Source: the human T2T-CHM13v2.0 reference genome, Homo sapiens. Taken from it: a DNA stretch of 64,000 nt. The stretch lies in the NCBI RefSeq assembly GCF_009914755.1, contig NC_060927.1; one strand, written 5' to 3'. Shown piece after piece: positions 15,280 to 29,961 of the stretch. The stretch's first letter is position 1. Every line of letters starts with the position of its first letter. Position numbers and translations under genes: made by a program. The notes beneath the pieces are model-generated. The model did not search any database and was not told the DNA's origin. It saw only the letters and a program-made list of their open reading frames with translations.

Positions 15280-15510
15280 TTTTTTAAAGCTAAATACTAT
15301 TCCATTGTGTATATGTTCCACCTTTTTTTAATTCATTCATTTGTCGGTGGCCACTTAGATAGATTCCATGTCTTGGCTATAGTGAATAATGCTGCAATGA
15401 ACATCAGAGCGTAGGTATCTCTTTGACATACTCATTTTACATCCTTTGGATATACACCCAGTAGTGGAATTGCTAAATCATATAGTAGTTTTAATTTTAA
15501 TTTTTTGAGG
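15280..15510 (-). mobile_element. L1M 3' fragment
   Basis: TACTATTCCATTGTGTATATG...ATATACACCCAGTAGTGGAATTGCT matches L1 ORF2 end/3'UTR antisense. Confidence 0.8.
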
Positions 15511-16055
15511 GTCTTCTCTTTCCAACTTTTATTGTCATCAAAAACTTAGGTTCCTTATAATAATATCAACAGTTTTTAAAAGTTGAAAAGCCTTAAAATT
15601 ATCTTAAAGGAGAGAAGTAGACAACTATCCAAGGCATGCTACATGAAGTATCTGTGATTGCAAGCATACTTATTGCAGACAAAGGTGATAAATACTGGTG
15701 AGTAGAACTGGATCATAAATGTCAACAAATCTTTTCAAACCTGTGAAATTAATAAGAACAAATTATGCCACAGTCACCTCTTCCAATACATATGTATCAT
15801 CTCTACAATCTTACATGAACAAAATGGCTTTCAAAGGTCCTAGTGCATAGCCTCTCTATTTCACATCTAGGCTTATCTACTTCTCCCAACCCTATGCAAA
15901 AAAAAAAAAAGAAAAAAAGAAAAAAGACTTTTCCTACACAAAATTTTGCTACTCTGACTTCTAACTAGTGTTTGAGAAAATCAATCATCTGAACTTGTAT
16001 TTTAATAAAATTTAGTGAGAAAAAATTATCAGTGGAAAATATTTGCAATGTTCAC

Positions 16056-17058
16056 TTTTTAAAAATTTAACTTTTATTTTTGATACTGGGGATACTGGGT
16101 CAATTTTTTACATGAGAATATTGTGTAATGCTGAGGTTTGGAATATGAATCTTGTCACCCTGGTGGTAAGCATAGTGCTCAATAGGGAGATTTTTAACCC
16201 AATCCCACTGTATAGTAATCCACAGAATCGGTTGTTCTCATATTTATATCCATGTGTACTTAGTGCTTAGCTCCCACTTATAACTGAGAACATGTGGTAT
16301 TTAGTTTTCTGTTCCTGCATTAATTTGCTTAGAACTATGGCCTCCAGCTCCAACCCTATTGCTGCTTATGACATGAATTCATTCTTTTTTATGGCTGCAT
16401 AGTATTCTATGGTGTATATGTACCACATTTGCTTTATCCAGTATACTACTTTTGGGCACCTGAGTTGATTCCATATCTTTGCTATTGTGAATAGTGGAGT
16501 GATGAACATATGAATGCATGTAATTTTTTGGTAGAATTATTTATTTTCTTTTGAGTATTTACCCATTAATGAGATTACTGGGCCAAATGGTAGCTCTTTT
16601 GTGAGTTATTTGAGAACTCTTCAGACTGCTTTCTCTAGTGCTTGGACTAATTTAAATTCCCACCAATAGTATATGTGTTCCCTTTTCTTTGCAGCCTGGC
16701 CAGCATCTATTGTTTTTTGACTTTTCAATAATAGCCATTCTAATTGGTGTGAGATGATATTCCTTGTGGTTTTGCTTTGCATTTCTCTGATGATTAGTGA
16801 TGTTGAGCATTTTTTCAAATGTTTTTGGCCACTTTGTATGTCTTCTTTTGAGCAGTGTCTGTTTATGTTCCTTGCCCATTTTTTAATGGGGTTATCTGTG
16901 TTTTGTTTGTTGATTTAAGTTCCCTATAGATTCTGGATAATAGCACTTTATCAGATGCACAGTTTGCAAAAATCTCCCATTCTGTAGGTTGTCTGTTTAC
17001 TTTGTTGATAGTTTCTTTTGCTGTGCAGAAGCTCTTTAGTTTAATTAGGTCCCACTTG
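16056..17058 (-). mobile_element. Old primate L1 (L1PA15-16/L1PB-like) 3' segment
   Basis: Antisense 3'UTR and ORF2 C-terminus (ORF track [17 protein letters not shown]). Confidence 0.92.
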
Positions 17059-17604
17059 CAATTAACAGATTCAATCCTATTCCTATCTGACTATCAATGT
17101 CATTCTTCACAGAATTAGAAAAAAACTATACCAAAATTAGTATGGAACCAAAAAGAAACCTGAATAGCCAAAGCATTCCTAAGCAAAAAAACAAAGCCAG
17201 AGGTATCATACTACCTGACTTCAAACTATACTATAAAACTCCAGTCATAAAAACAGCTTGGTACTGGTACAAAAACAGACACGTGGACCAATGGACAAGA
17301 AGAGACAATTCAGAAATAAAGCCATACACTTACAACCATCTGGTCTTTGACATGTCTGACAAAAACAAGCAATGGGGAAAGGAAAGCACTATCAATAAAT
17401 GGTGCCTGGATAATTGGCTAGCCATATGAAGAAGATTAAAGTTGAACCCCTACCTTTTACGATATACAAAAATTTACTTTATATGGATTAAAGATTTAAA
17501 TGTAAGACTTTAAACTATAAAGGTTTTGGAGGACAACTTGGGAAATATGCTTCTCAACATTGGCCTTGGCAAGAAATTTTTGGCTACATGTCCCAAAGCA
17601 ATTG
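17059..17604 (+). mobile_element. Inverted 5' segment of the same L1 (ORF2 remnant)
   Basis: ORF 17097-17429 FFTELEK...LPDFKLYYK...[14 protein letters not shown] is L1 ORF2 and lies just upstream of the minus-strand segment in the consensus. Confidence 0.92.
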
Positions 17605-18949
17605 TACTCTTCTCTTATGCTACATGTTTTTCGAAGGTCTTCATCCTATTGTATACGACATTCCACTTCAGGATGCTTCAGTTGGAGGAAAACAAGAAAG
17701 AAAGTGCTCTAAAATTTAAGCAAATTAAGGCAATTTAAGACCTTGTGACTCTTGGCTAAATAGTGAGTAGTAAATCAATGCTAGAATTGTCATTGGTACT
17801 ATGGCCATGTTGAGACATTCAAGGCGCTTTTGAATGAAATTCAAGATCAAAGCAAACTTATGAGTTTGAAATGGGAAGCTAATTTCATATTTCTGATATT
17901 TAGCTTCTTGTTTACATGTTTTGGAATGTTTATTCTTAGATTTAGTTATTTTACAGCTAAATGAACAAAGCCCTCTAACATCTTATAAACAAATACTGAC
18001 ATATTTGTCAAATTGTATTTGTGAGATGTCTTGAAGATTTGTAATTATTTTATCTTAAAAATCAAACCAAAACAAATGCTCAGTTCATTCAACTCTAATA
18101 ACCTGATGGCAGCAATGAACAGGAGGAGACATAACCCAGAGGAAACCCTAAGGACTCATTTATGATATCTCCCTGTAGCTACAGAGTGATAGAATGACAC
18201 GTGCAGCTCTACAAAAGTAAAAATGCACTCATGAAAATATTTTGGACCTAGAAATACCTGTGCAGAAACACAAAACAAACCTGGTACATTTATAGCAAGT
18301 TTTTGTGTTTCTCCACCTGAATTTCTGTATAAAGCTATAATTTTTTAAAGCAAAATGAATAGCATGCTATTGACTATAGATCATTAACACATCAAGGCAG
18401 TATATACAGGAGTTTATTTAGCCTGATCCTTATTCCTCATCTAAAAGTGCATGGTTTATGTTTTGCTTTTGATATTGCAATGAATGAAATTAAGATTTCT
18501 ATATCAAAAAGAGGAAGTTAGAACTTCAGGAGATAAACAAGAAACAAAAGCAGCTAAAACCCTGAGAGATAAAAAGATGTTCTTTTTAAATTTCATTAGT
18601 GTCCTTCTGTTTCCAACCTCCCTGCTGTCCAACAAAACAAAATTCTTCAGAAAATTGCTGCATGTAAAAACCAAATATAATGAGCTACATTTTTTTTCCT
18701 AAAGAGAATATACTCAAAACGTTTTCAAAATACACTCTTTAAGAAGGAAGGCAGATTCTGACAGTCTCAGAACTTTCCAGAGAATGCCCACACAAGCCAC
18801 CTGGGAGGTTTGATATGACAACATTATATTGTGGACATAGATGTTAATATTAAGCCTTTAGCCCTATTCGTCAACTAGTTTACAATGTGAACATTTCTTT
18901 GAACAACTAGGAAATGAACTCAACTTTTGCTATGTGTTTTTTTAATTAA

Positions 18950-19705
18950 GTAGCCTATCCTGTCTACCCCTACAAAGTTCCCAGTCCCCTGCAACCCCAG
19001 GCTAACACCTGAAGTCACACTCCTTATTAACTATACTACAGTGACTTCTATACATGCCTCTGCATGTGCAAACCGTCCATAATAGACACTTTGGGGAAAG
19101 GGGTGAGGACATTACCATGTGCTTCAAGTTATCTAAGGCTATTTATTCTATATGATGAATGTGCTGATAACTTTCTGCTATGATTCTTCTATTTGGCCAA
19201 TCACCTTTCAGTTATCTGCTAGCTCCCACAGCACATACACAATCACAGCTTATTTCCTAATCAGACATTGTAGTGCAACACAGTTTGATCTCTACAACTG
19301 TACACTATAACAGATGTATCCTCCATTATGGCCTTGCTTTTTTTACTGGACTGGGAATCCTGAGAGTGGCAAACATGGAAAGCAAGGTAAATAATCACAG
19401 GTCTCATACAATGCAGCTGTTTACCTTCCAGACAAAGAGCAGCTTGCTTACTGCTTCTAAAAAATGACAGATTCCCTAAGCTCATGGAACTCCTGTGGTA
19501 CATCCTACTCCATGTTTAGGGGCTTCCTGGCCCTCCATATATCCCTATTGAAGGACTATAGGAACTTACAGAACCAATACAAATATGCTGGTACTCCTGC
19601 TTTTGTTTTGGTTGTTAGTAATACAGTTCCTTGTCTCTGACAAAGAGTCACCTGTCTTCTGTTAGCATCCATGGAACTATAGAAGGGTACTCATTAGCTT
19701 GCATA
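18950..19705 (+). mobile_element. ERVL-class LTR (MER54/MER74/LTR53-like)
   Basis: 3' motif TTGTCTCTGACAAAGAGTCACCTGTCTTCTGTTAGCATCCATGGAACT...ATTAGCTTGC; related to reverse complement of the 47.1 kb element; left boundary uncertain. Confidence 0.5.
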
Positions 19706-19779
19706 GTTATTTCTTCTACTTAGTCAAAGCTATTTAAATATGGCAAAATTTCCACAGTTGTGAGCCTTTACATATGTCT

Positions 19780-20300
19780 AAATCTATTGTAAGCATCTTG
19801 TGGGCTGAGATCATGCCATGTAGTTTTTAATCATCCCAGCATTTAGCATTGTTGTACACATAAGTATTTGATAAACATTTGATGGATTGTTGACATGTTG
19901 AAAGCAATCTTACATATTTGGGCACATTTGAGGTAAGCACGTGTTCATTCCTGTTATGACAAATACCAATATCCCCCTAATTAATTCCTCATTTTGGATA
20001 CCAATATTTTTTCTCATTTCTTTTCTTCTCTCTTCCCCTCCATTTTTTTTCCAAAATATTCACCTCCTTTCTCCTTCCTTCCTTCCTTTCCTTCCTGTGC
20101 TATGTCTTCTGTCTACATACCTACCTACTTGTCACCTACCATATTTTCATTTATTCAACAAATATTTACCAAGATGCCGCCTATGTATCAGACACTATTC
20201 TAGGCTCTGCAAGTACAGAAGCAAACAAAATGAGTCAATATCTCTCACTTTTGTCTCATTACCTTCATTTGAAAAAATATTAAAAACAGATCACAAGGAA
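19780..20300. mobile_element. L2 3' ends (+ at ~19780-19890, - at ~20140-20300)
   Basis: TAAGTATTTGATAAACATTTGATGGA and TTCATTTATTCAACAAATATTTA motifs. Confidence 0.6.
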
Positions 20301-23300
20301 TATATATAAATAACACAATCCACAGTAGAAATAGGTATAGAAGAGATGAAAAACAAACAGGAAAGAAATAAAGAAATAAACCAGTGCTTAGGAATGAAAC
20401 TAATACTGTAAAGTTGAAACATATTTGTTTTTGCCACAAATTTGGCTCTATGGTTTAATTGGAAGATTCTAAGTTCTCCTAGGATAAGAAAAGGTCTTAG
20501 AATACTCACATTTTTAAGAAGGTCTGATGCCCAGGGTCATAGTTGTTTTTTCTATATGATTCCTTCCTAGGCAAGTGTTTGACTATGCTGTGGGAACATC
20601 TAATCATGGTGATCACATATAGAGGCCACAGAGGAGAGTCCATCTAAGCCATGCCCATCTCCTGGGTCTAGGTTCCCCATTCATAAATCAGTTTATTGTA
20701 ACTCTATAACTTGTATCTATTTACTGATGTGGTATTACTTGTGTTATAATATATGAATGTGAAAGCATATGAAAGTGAAAAGTGATTATGTTTCTAATCT
20801 GAGAGATGTAAAAAATGGCACTTTGGATAGGCTCCTATACATGGAGGAAATTCATATTCATTCCTTCACTTGTTTTTCATTGTACCCAAGCTCTAGCATT
20901 TCAGCTCCTTGAGATTCTAACTTGGTCTTTAAGACATCTCTCATATATTAAACAATTGCAATAAGGGTTGCTCAGCATGTTACTTGTTAATAAAGGACAT
21001 CTGCATTTGTTTTAATGCTTATTTAAGAAGAAATTGGGATTTAGTGCTTGTCGGCACTAATGGAATCAATGGTACTTTAATATGTGTTAATGGCACTTCA
21101 GCTCCCTTAGCAGCAGAAAACAGGTTATTAACCAAACACATTATTGCTCCAAATGAAAGAGAAAGTATATGGAATCTAGAAAAGGCAAAGATGGCACATG
21201 ATTTTGCTGGTTTGAGATCATTTAAACCTAAATGAAACATATATTTTTCTCCTTCACTATGTTTTTAATCCAAAGGGCAAATACAATTGTAACAGTGGGT
21301 GTTGGGTAAAGCCATCATGCAGCTTATCAAAGCAGAGGGCAAAAACACATGCTCAGTGCTCCTCCTTGTGAAATTTCAATGAGATGCTAACTGTGAGCTG
21401 CTAGCTTTAGGAAAGGATTTTCCTTCTCATTGATATATATATCTTCAAAGGATCGAGTGATTAAGAGGAGGGTAGGGGAAGAGGTGCTCTAAAAAGAACA
21501 GAGAAGGGCAATGCATTGGGTTAGGCTTTAGCTCATCATATTAGATTCAACAAAACAGGAAGTCAAATTAATGGTCGAGGCCTTGACTTGTATAACTTGC
21601 TTTTGGACCACCAAGCCTCTCTTTACTTTGCACCTGTATAGAGCTTTGATCTTATAGTGTTCATTTCTTTGGGCATTTATTACATCTGGTAGCAGATTTT
21701 GTAATTTAGGCACTACATGTTGTTAAGTCAGAGACTAGAAGTAACATAAGAAAATAAGACATAATTACTTTCTAAAAAAACCCTATTTTTTCATTTGATA
21801 TCTGCATCAAAATGTTCTTAAATATTTCCTAATATGGCTAATCCTTACATTTTTAAAAGACCAGTGAAAGCTTTCTGCAGTTAAAAGGTTACTCAAGCAT
21901 TCTCAATTAGTAAAGAGTGTGCTTAACTTTTGAAATATTTTGTACAGTTACTGAAAATATCTATTTTATTGATATTTTCTAACATTCATGTTATTTTTCT
22001 TTGGGATGGAAAAATAGACAGAAACCTTAACTGAAAAAGAAAGTCACTTATAGTCTCATACAATTGATTTTTACACTTTTATTTAATGGTTTATAGACTC
22101 TAAAAGAACCTTCTCTGAAATATAACCTTTTTCAAATCTTGTATAGAATGGATAATTTCTGGCATTTTTGGAGACTGAAAGGACAACCAATGATTAAGTG
22201 TTTGAAATACTAGATTGAAAATGAGAAAACTTAATGTATTATCTCAGTTACACACCATGGTCTCAGTCTCATCATTGAGTTGTTATAAAACCCAGCAAGG
22301 CAATTTTAAGGAAGTGCTTTGTACTTTTGGAAGAAAGGTTCCATATCAATATACAGCATTAATATGAGTTTCTTGGAGGGCTATTGCCTGAAATCTGAGA
22401 GTCAATACAGTATTCTCAGTTGCTAGTGTCTAGTTACATAAAACACTCTAGGATTATACTGCCAATTTCATATCTACGCAGAGTTTTGTTAATACTTACT
22501 ATAAAAGGGGATGCTAAGCAGTGAGATCAATGATCTATTCGAAGTCACTCTATATGTGGGCAACATTTCTTCCTGCTTCATCCCTCCTGGTTTACTAAAG
22601 GAACATTTTCCTATCTTGAATTTCAACATATTTATTTTGACATCACAGGGACAAACATATATTGTTTAAATTTTCTCTCTTTTCAAGAACAGTGAAGAAT
22701 AAAAATTGGTTTCCTTGAGTGTTTCAAAAAGGGGGACAATAATTCCATTGTGAATTTACACCAGATTGCCTAACATGAGCTAAACAGCAATGAATTAACT
22801 CAAGAATGCTGCAGCTTAATCTAGAGAGAATGAACTGCTTAGAAGGTATGTTCTTAACACAATTTCTGCCACAGGCTGTAGCTATTTTCAAATCTTTTAA
22901 AATGTATTTCAGGTAGCATTCTTAGCACTTTAATGCAGGGCCATTTTCTTCAATGTTCTCTTCAGGGTGAATAGCTATCATCCTACAAAATGAGAATTCA
23001 GGCCACATGTCAAACTTTCAAGGAGGTACATTGGGAAGTGATAATGCCTAAAAGATAAATTGGAAAGATACCATACGTATTAGCTTGTGTAAATGCTGCT
23101 TTCAATTTGTGTAGCAGTCACTGTAGCACTTTCAGAACAAGATAATGAATTAAATGCAATTCTTGGCTGTCCCCTGAAGTCCTAATAAGGACCCAATAGT
23201 TGGATTCAAACTGATTTGAAACCTATCCTGGAACCATTCCATAGATGCTTGTTCTCATTCTATAACTGGGCCAAGAGAAGCTTTAATGTAGCTTAATTTC

Positions 23301-23533
23301 TACTCTCTTTAAAGCGCTGACAAGATTGGCTCTTGAATTACAGCAAAACCTTATGTGTTTCTTTGCTTATAAAGAACTTGCCAAATGCCAAGGCTTGTCC
23401 TTGGTTTTAATTTCTTAGATGGGATGGTGTTTATACTTTAACCGAAAGAGGTATTGTTATTATCTTACTTTTTTTTTTTCTGTTAATCAAGGTATTAATG
23501 GCAATATAAGTTAGCTTTTTTGTTAGTTTTTAG

Positions 23534-23846
<313 letters not shown>

Positions 23847-26800
23847 TAAGATATTTGGTTTTAATTAAAGCACTTCAATCATTCAACATGGCCTCACCAA
23901 ACAGTGTCTGGGCTCCTATGAAGATAAATGGTTAAGAGACATATTTTCCATCTCAAGGAGCTCAAAATAAATTTGGATGGGGGTAGTGGACAGTAAAATT
24001 AAAACATTTGGATATGAATGTGAAATAAGCAACTCAAATTTTATCATGTGAATTTCATTGTTAGGTGGGCAGAAAATGTTGGGTTTTTTTTTAACCTTCC
24101 CATATTAGTTACTGCTGGGAGGGTATTGGAAAAGGGTTTGCCATGAGGAAAAATTGTGAGGGCAAGTTAAGAAGTGCTTATCATTTTTTGGAATATGTAA
24201 GCTGATATTTTCTAAATTCAATTTATATTTTGAGTCATGCTTTGCGGGGCTTTTCCAAAACTGGTTCAACAACCAGTCAATCAAAAAAGATTCATTAAAG
24301 TATTTCCCTTCAAGGCACTGTTTATAAATAATTAAGCAGATAGCATCGTTTAGGTCTGAATGGTGTACAGAGAGAGTGAGTCCATGGAGTCCAGGTTTTC
24401 TAGAGGAAGAAGCAGGATGCCCCAGAGCTTCCTCATTCACATCTAAGTGGTCAGAGAAATTTCCTTTCCAAGAAAGTATACAGGATATTGCTTTATTTTT
24501 GCTTGAAGCTCTCACTGACCCTGAGGACCACAGACTCACACTCCTTTGTATCTAATCCAGACTCCACATCCTAGTAACTTTGGTTGTCTTGCCAACTGTT
24601 TCCAGGTTGTTCCAGCCAATGGCTCAGGCTCTTGGTGAGTTTTCTAGTATCGAATCTGTATGGAAAGTTCCCCTCACATGTACTACAGTTTTGTTTGCCT
24701 TCAAATATTCAGGATGTCTCACTCTTCAAAATACAAAATAGGCTTGAGACTTGACAATTTTAGACTCATGAGCATGGTCTCCGATAGGTGAATCTTCCTT
24801 TTGACCACTGATGCTGACTGAGTGGCCCCAACAAGTTGTGCCAAGCCACCACCAACCATAGCATAGAGGCTCAGAGTCCCATACCTGAAATTTTCAGAGT
24901 GGGAGGGAAAGTGCAGCCAGCCTCATTTACCAGAGGCGCTGGCATGTTCTTTTTTGTGTGGCTTCTGTGAAATTACAGAAAATCAGATAGCTTTCTTTCT
25001 AGTGCGGTTTTTACAACCAAATGCTCATGACAGTATAAACCCAGAGCTTTTCTGGACTTAAAGAAAAGGAGTAATCTTAAGAAGAAAGAAAATTCTTGCC
25101 TCTGGAAAAATGGGGTTAAAAAAAGGGATGATATCTGAATAGTAGAAAATGTATTATTTTATTCAACAGGAAGGAAGATAAAACATTCTTACGTACCTAA
25201 CAATCTTCTAAAAGTCTACCTTCACTTTGTTTTCTTCTGTACTAAGTGCTGCTTGTGGTTTGGACATTGCTTTTTAAAACAATATTAAATAAAATACCCC
25301 TTAAAAGAAAATGCATGCCCTTGTATTAAGAAAAGATACAGGTTTTTGCATTCTATAGAAAGGAACTTGGCAGTGCTAGAGTCCATTTAACAACAGCGGA
25401 GTTGGTAAGGAGAAGCTGGGGTCAAGCATCACATTTTCCACAGAGTATTAAGAATGGGGCTATAGCAGGTAGTAAGCAGGAATTCAGGCATGGAAGCACC
25501 AAGATTCTCAGAGGGAGATGCAGCATACTGAAATCAAGTAGCAGGGCTGAGTTAATAATCTGATGGGATTCTGGTATCATGAAAAAGAATAGGGCCATCA
25601 GGCAAAGTGGCTCCTAAAGTTTTATGGAACAAACTTTTTAGTATTAATCAGCTTTCACTGATCCAATCTACTTGTAAGCAGATAAACCAGTGGTGTCTTC
25701 AGAGTAACTCAGGCTTCTGAGGCACACACTGTGCTAGAATTTCATTATATGAGGATATTAAAAGAAGCATGCCCATTAAAAACTAGCCCAAGAAGCCTAC
25801 TTACCTAAAATACACTCTGTGGTTCTCAGAGTCTATCACATACATGAGAAAGAATTCTTCCAAAAAAAGTTTTAAACTTGCTGTCTATCCCAAAGTATGA
25901 ACATCCTATATCATTTATCCTTCTCTCTTAAATTACCTATCAAACAACAAATAAAGCCATGTGCAAAGGTTTTGGGAGAGTCCCAAGTGAGGGCTACTGT
26001 GAAGATAAATGGTTAATGTCTGCTCTCCCAGCTGCTCAGTTAATTACTGTAATAGAAAACATCTTGAGGGAAAACACTGCATACAGTTATTAGCAATTAA
26101 CCCACAACTCTTAAAAAATCACAATTCTTACTAATAATAGAACATTGCCCAGCCAGCCTAATTATAATTTCTACACAAGAGCCTTCTGTTTTCAGAAAAT
26201 GTGAAATATTATAAGTCACTACTATTTAAAATGCAAATAGGAAATCAGGAGGATGAAGATTACATTGAGAAATGCAAAATGGAGTAGCACAGATAGAAAT
26301 GGGAGGAGGCATGATTTATGTGGTAATGAACTAATTCCTTGACAAGCAATAGATTCAGATATATTAGCGAAATAACTTTTTGCCGAGTGTTTACTACAGT
26401 ACAGGACCTTGTGGTGTTAATGATTGGTGCTACAAAAGTGGTAAAGAAGTTAAGACACAGTGTAATGTGGAACAGGAGAATCCATGGTATGGATTTCAGA
26501 TGTATATTGTTTTGTTTTTCTATGAATCATAGAATCTTCTTAGATATATCTCAATCTTGAAGCTCATTTTTTTCCTCCTATGTAGTTATGTTTCTTTTAT
26601 TGTTCCTGTTTGCTCAGTGCTTACTAGTCTTCTTGTCCTCTCTGAAACACACCAAATTTATTTCTGTTTCAAAATTTTAAAACACTTGTTATTACTGCTG
26701 CCTGGAATATTTATTCCCCAGATTTGGCATGGCTGTTTTCTTCTAAGAATGCATGTATCTGCTCAGAGAAAGCTTCATCACATTACAAAACAGTCTGCTT

Positions 26801-27099
26801 TTCTCTTCTTTTTCTGTCCTATAACTTTACTTTGTTTTTCCACACATATACCACCATCTGATAGAATATCCCATTCTGCTACTTCGTAACTTATCAACAT
26901 TAAGCTGTATTCATTAACTTTCTCCCTGTTTTGGATCTGCTATATCCCCACTTCCTAAACCTTCTTCCTCTCCTCTGTGCTTTCAATTATGTCTGTATGA
27001 ATATTTGCATTATTTTATATGTGGAATATTGTTTACAGCTAAGCCAAATAATGTCTTAGAAGATGTATTTTCTCATATGAACTTTGATTTTTTCTATAG

Positions 27100-28900
27100 T
27101 TAATAATTGTCTTGTGTTTTCTCATATATAAGTAGTTCATTTTCCCCTCAAATGTTCCATGCACAGAAATAAATTCTGTGACTCCCAAACACACTAAATG
27201 ACCTACCTCCTTTTATTATTTGGAGATATTCATCCTCTACTCCCTACTCATTCTCATTTAATGGAACACGTTTTAGTTCTGGCTCACTGCTTGGATTGTA
27301 CAATTCCCTTTGCCAATTTCCTGCAAATTCCCTTTGCCTGTTTTCTGGTGTTCATATGTTCTTCTTTCTTAATTCACTTCCTCATTTTGCTGAGGCATTT
27401 CCTCCAGTAGCTTCCAGGAAAGGGTATGGTGGGGCTCAGTTTTTTTAGTTTTTATATGTCTGGAAAAGGTTTTACTTTTACCTTTGATTGATAGTTCAGC
27501 TGAGTATGGAATAGTAGGTTAAAAATTGTTTCTCTCTATATTTTGAAGTTATTGCTTCCCTATTCTATATCATTTTGATGTTTCTTTTCCAAAAGCCCAA
27601 TGATATTCTGAATGATATCTTTTGTATGTGTGCTACCTTTGCCCCTTTTAGAATTTTCTTTATGTCCTGTCTGTTCTGAAATTTCATGATGAGGTGAGTC
27701 TTGTTGTCCCAGGTACTCTGTGGGCCCTTTCAGTTTAGAGATATGTCTTTCAGTTCTTGAAGTATTTCTTTGATAATTTCCTTATTTTGTTTTCTCCTTT
27801 CCTCTCTTTCTAGTTCTCCTAGATTAATGTACTGATTTCATTTCCTTTTCTTTTCTATTTTCTCTCTCTCTTCTGAGAGATTTTCTTGATTTATTTCTTA
27901 CCTTTCTGTTGAATATTTTTTTCACTGTAGTTATCTTGTTTTTAATGTCAAATACCTATCTCTCATTTACTTAATGTTCCTTTTTCATAGCTAAACAATT
28001 TTGTTTATGTAAATGTAAAGTATCCTCTTGTCCTTCTGAAGATAATTGGGGTAAGGAGAATGCATTTCTTTTCTCACATTCTTTATATCTGTTCTTTACA
28101 TGCAGGTCTCTATAAACTGGAAACTTTCTTCATGTCTGGTGATTCTTGGCTGATTATATTTAAGAGTAAGCACTAAAAAGATTATATTCAAAGGAAGCTG
28201 CTTTGTGGATGAGAGTAGTCAAGTGGTGGACTTCACTTGAAGGTTATCAGTTACTGGTCCTTTCATTGGGATCTTCAGAAGACAATCCTCCAACCTCCCT
28301 CATGGTGCAAGACATATACTTAGATACAAGTTTTCTGGGAAACACACGTGAGATGAGCCGTGAGAGCCCCTCAGTTCATTCTGCAGACTTTTACCTAATT
28401 CTCTTGTGCTCAGCCCTCTGATTCATCTCTGTCAAAGCTGGACCCCTGCAGCTCAGTTTCTCCAGAGAACATATCCCCTGTCTCCTGAGAGGCAGAAGGA
28501 GAAGAGAACATCAGGGAGTCAACTACTCTATGTATTTTACAGCCAGATCCCTCATTTTAGGCTCCCACATCAATGTCATCTTCCAGGATGCTTATTGCCT
28601 TCAAGCACTAAGTCCCTCAGCCATCTTCTCTGGTGGGTGGACTCACTTCTCTTCTTACAGACATTGCCTTCTGGAGGTACTAACCCTGTAACTTTTGTGA
28701 CTTCTATCTGTGAAGGCAGTTAGGAATCCTGCATCAGGCTTCTATCTTCCAAACTATTTTGAAACAGTTGGTAGTGTTTTCTCCTCTTCCGTTTGACTTG
28801 GTTGGATGAGAACCTAAAACATTTCTTTAATCTTCAGTTAGTGAGGTTTAGGAGGTAGAAAAGATAAAACTGTGTGGTCGATTTACTGTGTTAAATTGGA
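27100..28900 (-). mobile_element. Ancient L1M (L1MC/ME-like) remnant
   Basis: Long T-rich degenerate tract with L1M antisense motifs (TTGATTGATAGTTCAGCTGAGTATGGAATAGTAGGTT, TGTTCTGAAATTTCATGATG). Confidence 0.55.
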
Positions 28901-28970
28901 ACTCTATGTTTTGTTTTTTCTTTTAAGATTTAGCATCTATTTTTTAAACTATTTGCCATATTTCTCTAAA

Positions 28971-29148
28971 ACAATGGTTTCAAACTTTTGTATGCATCAT
29001 AATCACTTGAAGGGCTTGTCAAAACACAAACCCCCACCCTCAGACTGTCTGGTTCAGTAGTATTGGACGGGCCTGAGAATTATTTCTGACAAGTCCTGAG
29101 GCAATGCTGATGCTGCTGGTTTGGGGACCACACTTTGACAAATACCAG
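28971..29148. mobile_element. MER5A
   Basis: CAATGGTTTCAAACTTTTGTATGCATCATAATCAC...GATGCTGCTGGTTTGGGGACCACACTTTGA. Confidence 0.85.
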
Positions 29149-29961
29149 TTTATACAAATAGCCTTTTTGTTAAAATAACTCTAGTTCTGTTCTTTAATGT
29201 TCAGACATGTATGCCTACTGAACTCCTATTCATTCTTTATGACTCACCTCATATACAGCTTGAGGAAGAATTTCTTGACATATAGAAAGCATACGCTTCC
29301 CCAAAGTAACGCCTCAGTTATCTGCATTTTATACCTACTTCTCTCGTGTTACTAATCACATTGGACAAGTCACATGGCTGACTCGTCTGGGATAGAGTAA
29401 ACTCTTTGAGCATGCAGCATCTGTCTTAGTATTTATTTAGATTCTTCTTCCTCCTCCTTCACCTTTCCTTCTTCTCAACTTCCTAGTCTCCTCCTCTTTC
29501 TTCTGCTTCTCTGTCTTTTTTATTTCTATTACCTAACTCTCTGCATGACACACAGAGGCATGATGAATGGAACTGAAGTTACGTTACTATGTGCAATCAA
29601 TAGATAAGATATAAATTTGGAATGTTTTCCTTAAAAATTATGAATATCTTGATTTATTCAATAGTGTGTCATGTAACCAATGGCAAGTTCACTCTCAAAG
29701 TGAGGCATTTAGATTATAGAAGCTTTGCTCAAAGTGGCTGGTTTTTAAACTCTTCATTACCTGGTCCACAGAGTGATAAGGAGCTTACCTCAGAATCAAA
29801 GTCAATGGACTGCATACTCCATTGAAAAAATCTTGTCATAAGAGTCTGCTAAACTAATGTGCTTAGTGCTTTAGTCTGCTTTCATTCTGGCACAAGCTTC
29901 TCATCTTGTTGAGGACCAGTATAAAACACTTTGCAGTTTGCTACCGGTCTGCAGACTGTGC

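Noticed and set aside
15898-15926. Orphan A-rich tract as a retrocopy tail
   Set aside because: No recognisable upstream element and no convincing TSD
17097-17429. 110-aa ORF as a gene
   Set aside because: Decayed L1 ORF2 fragment
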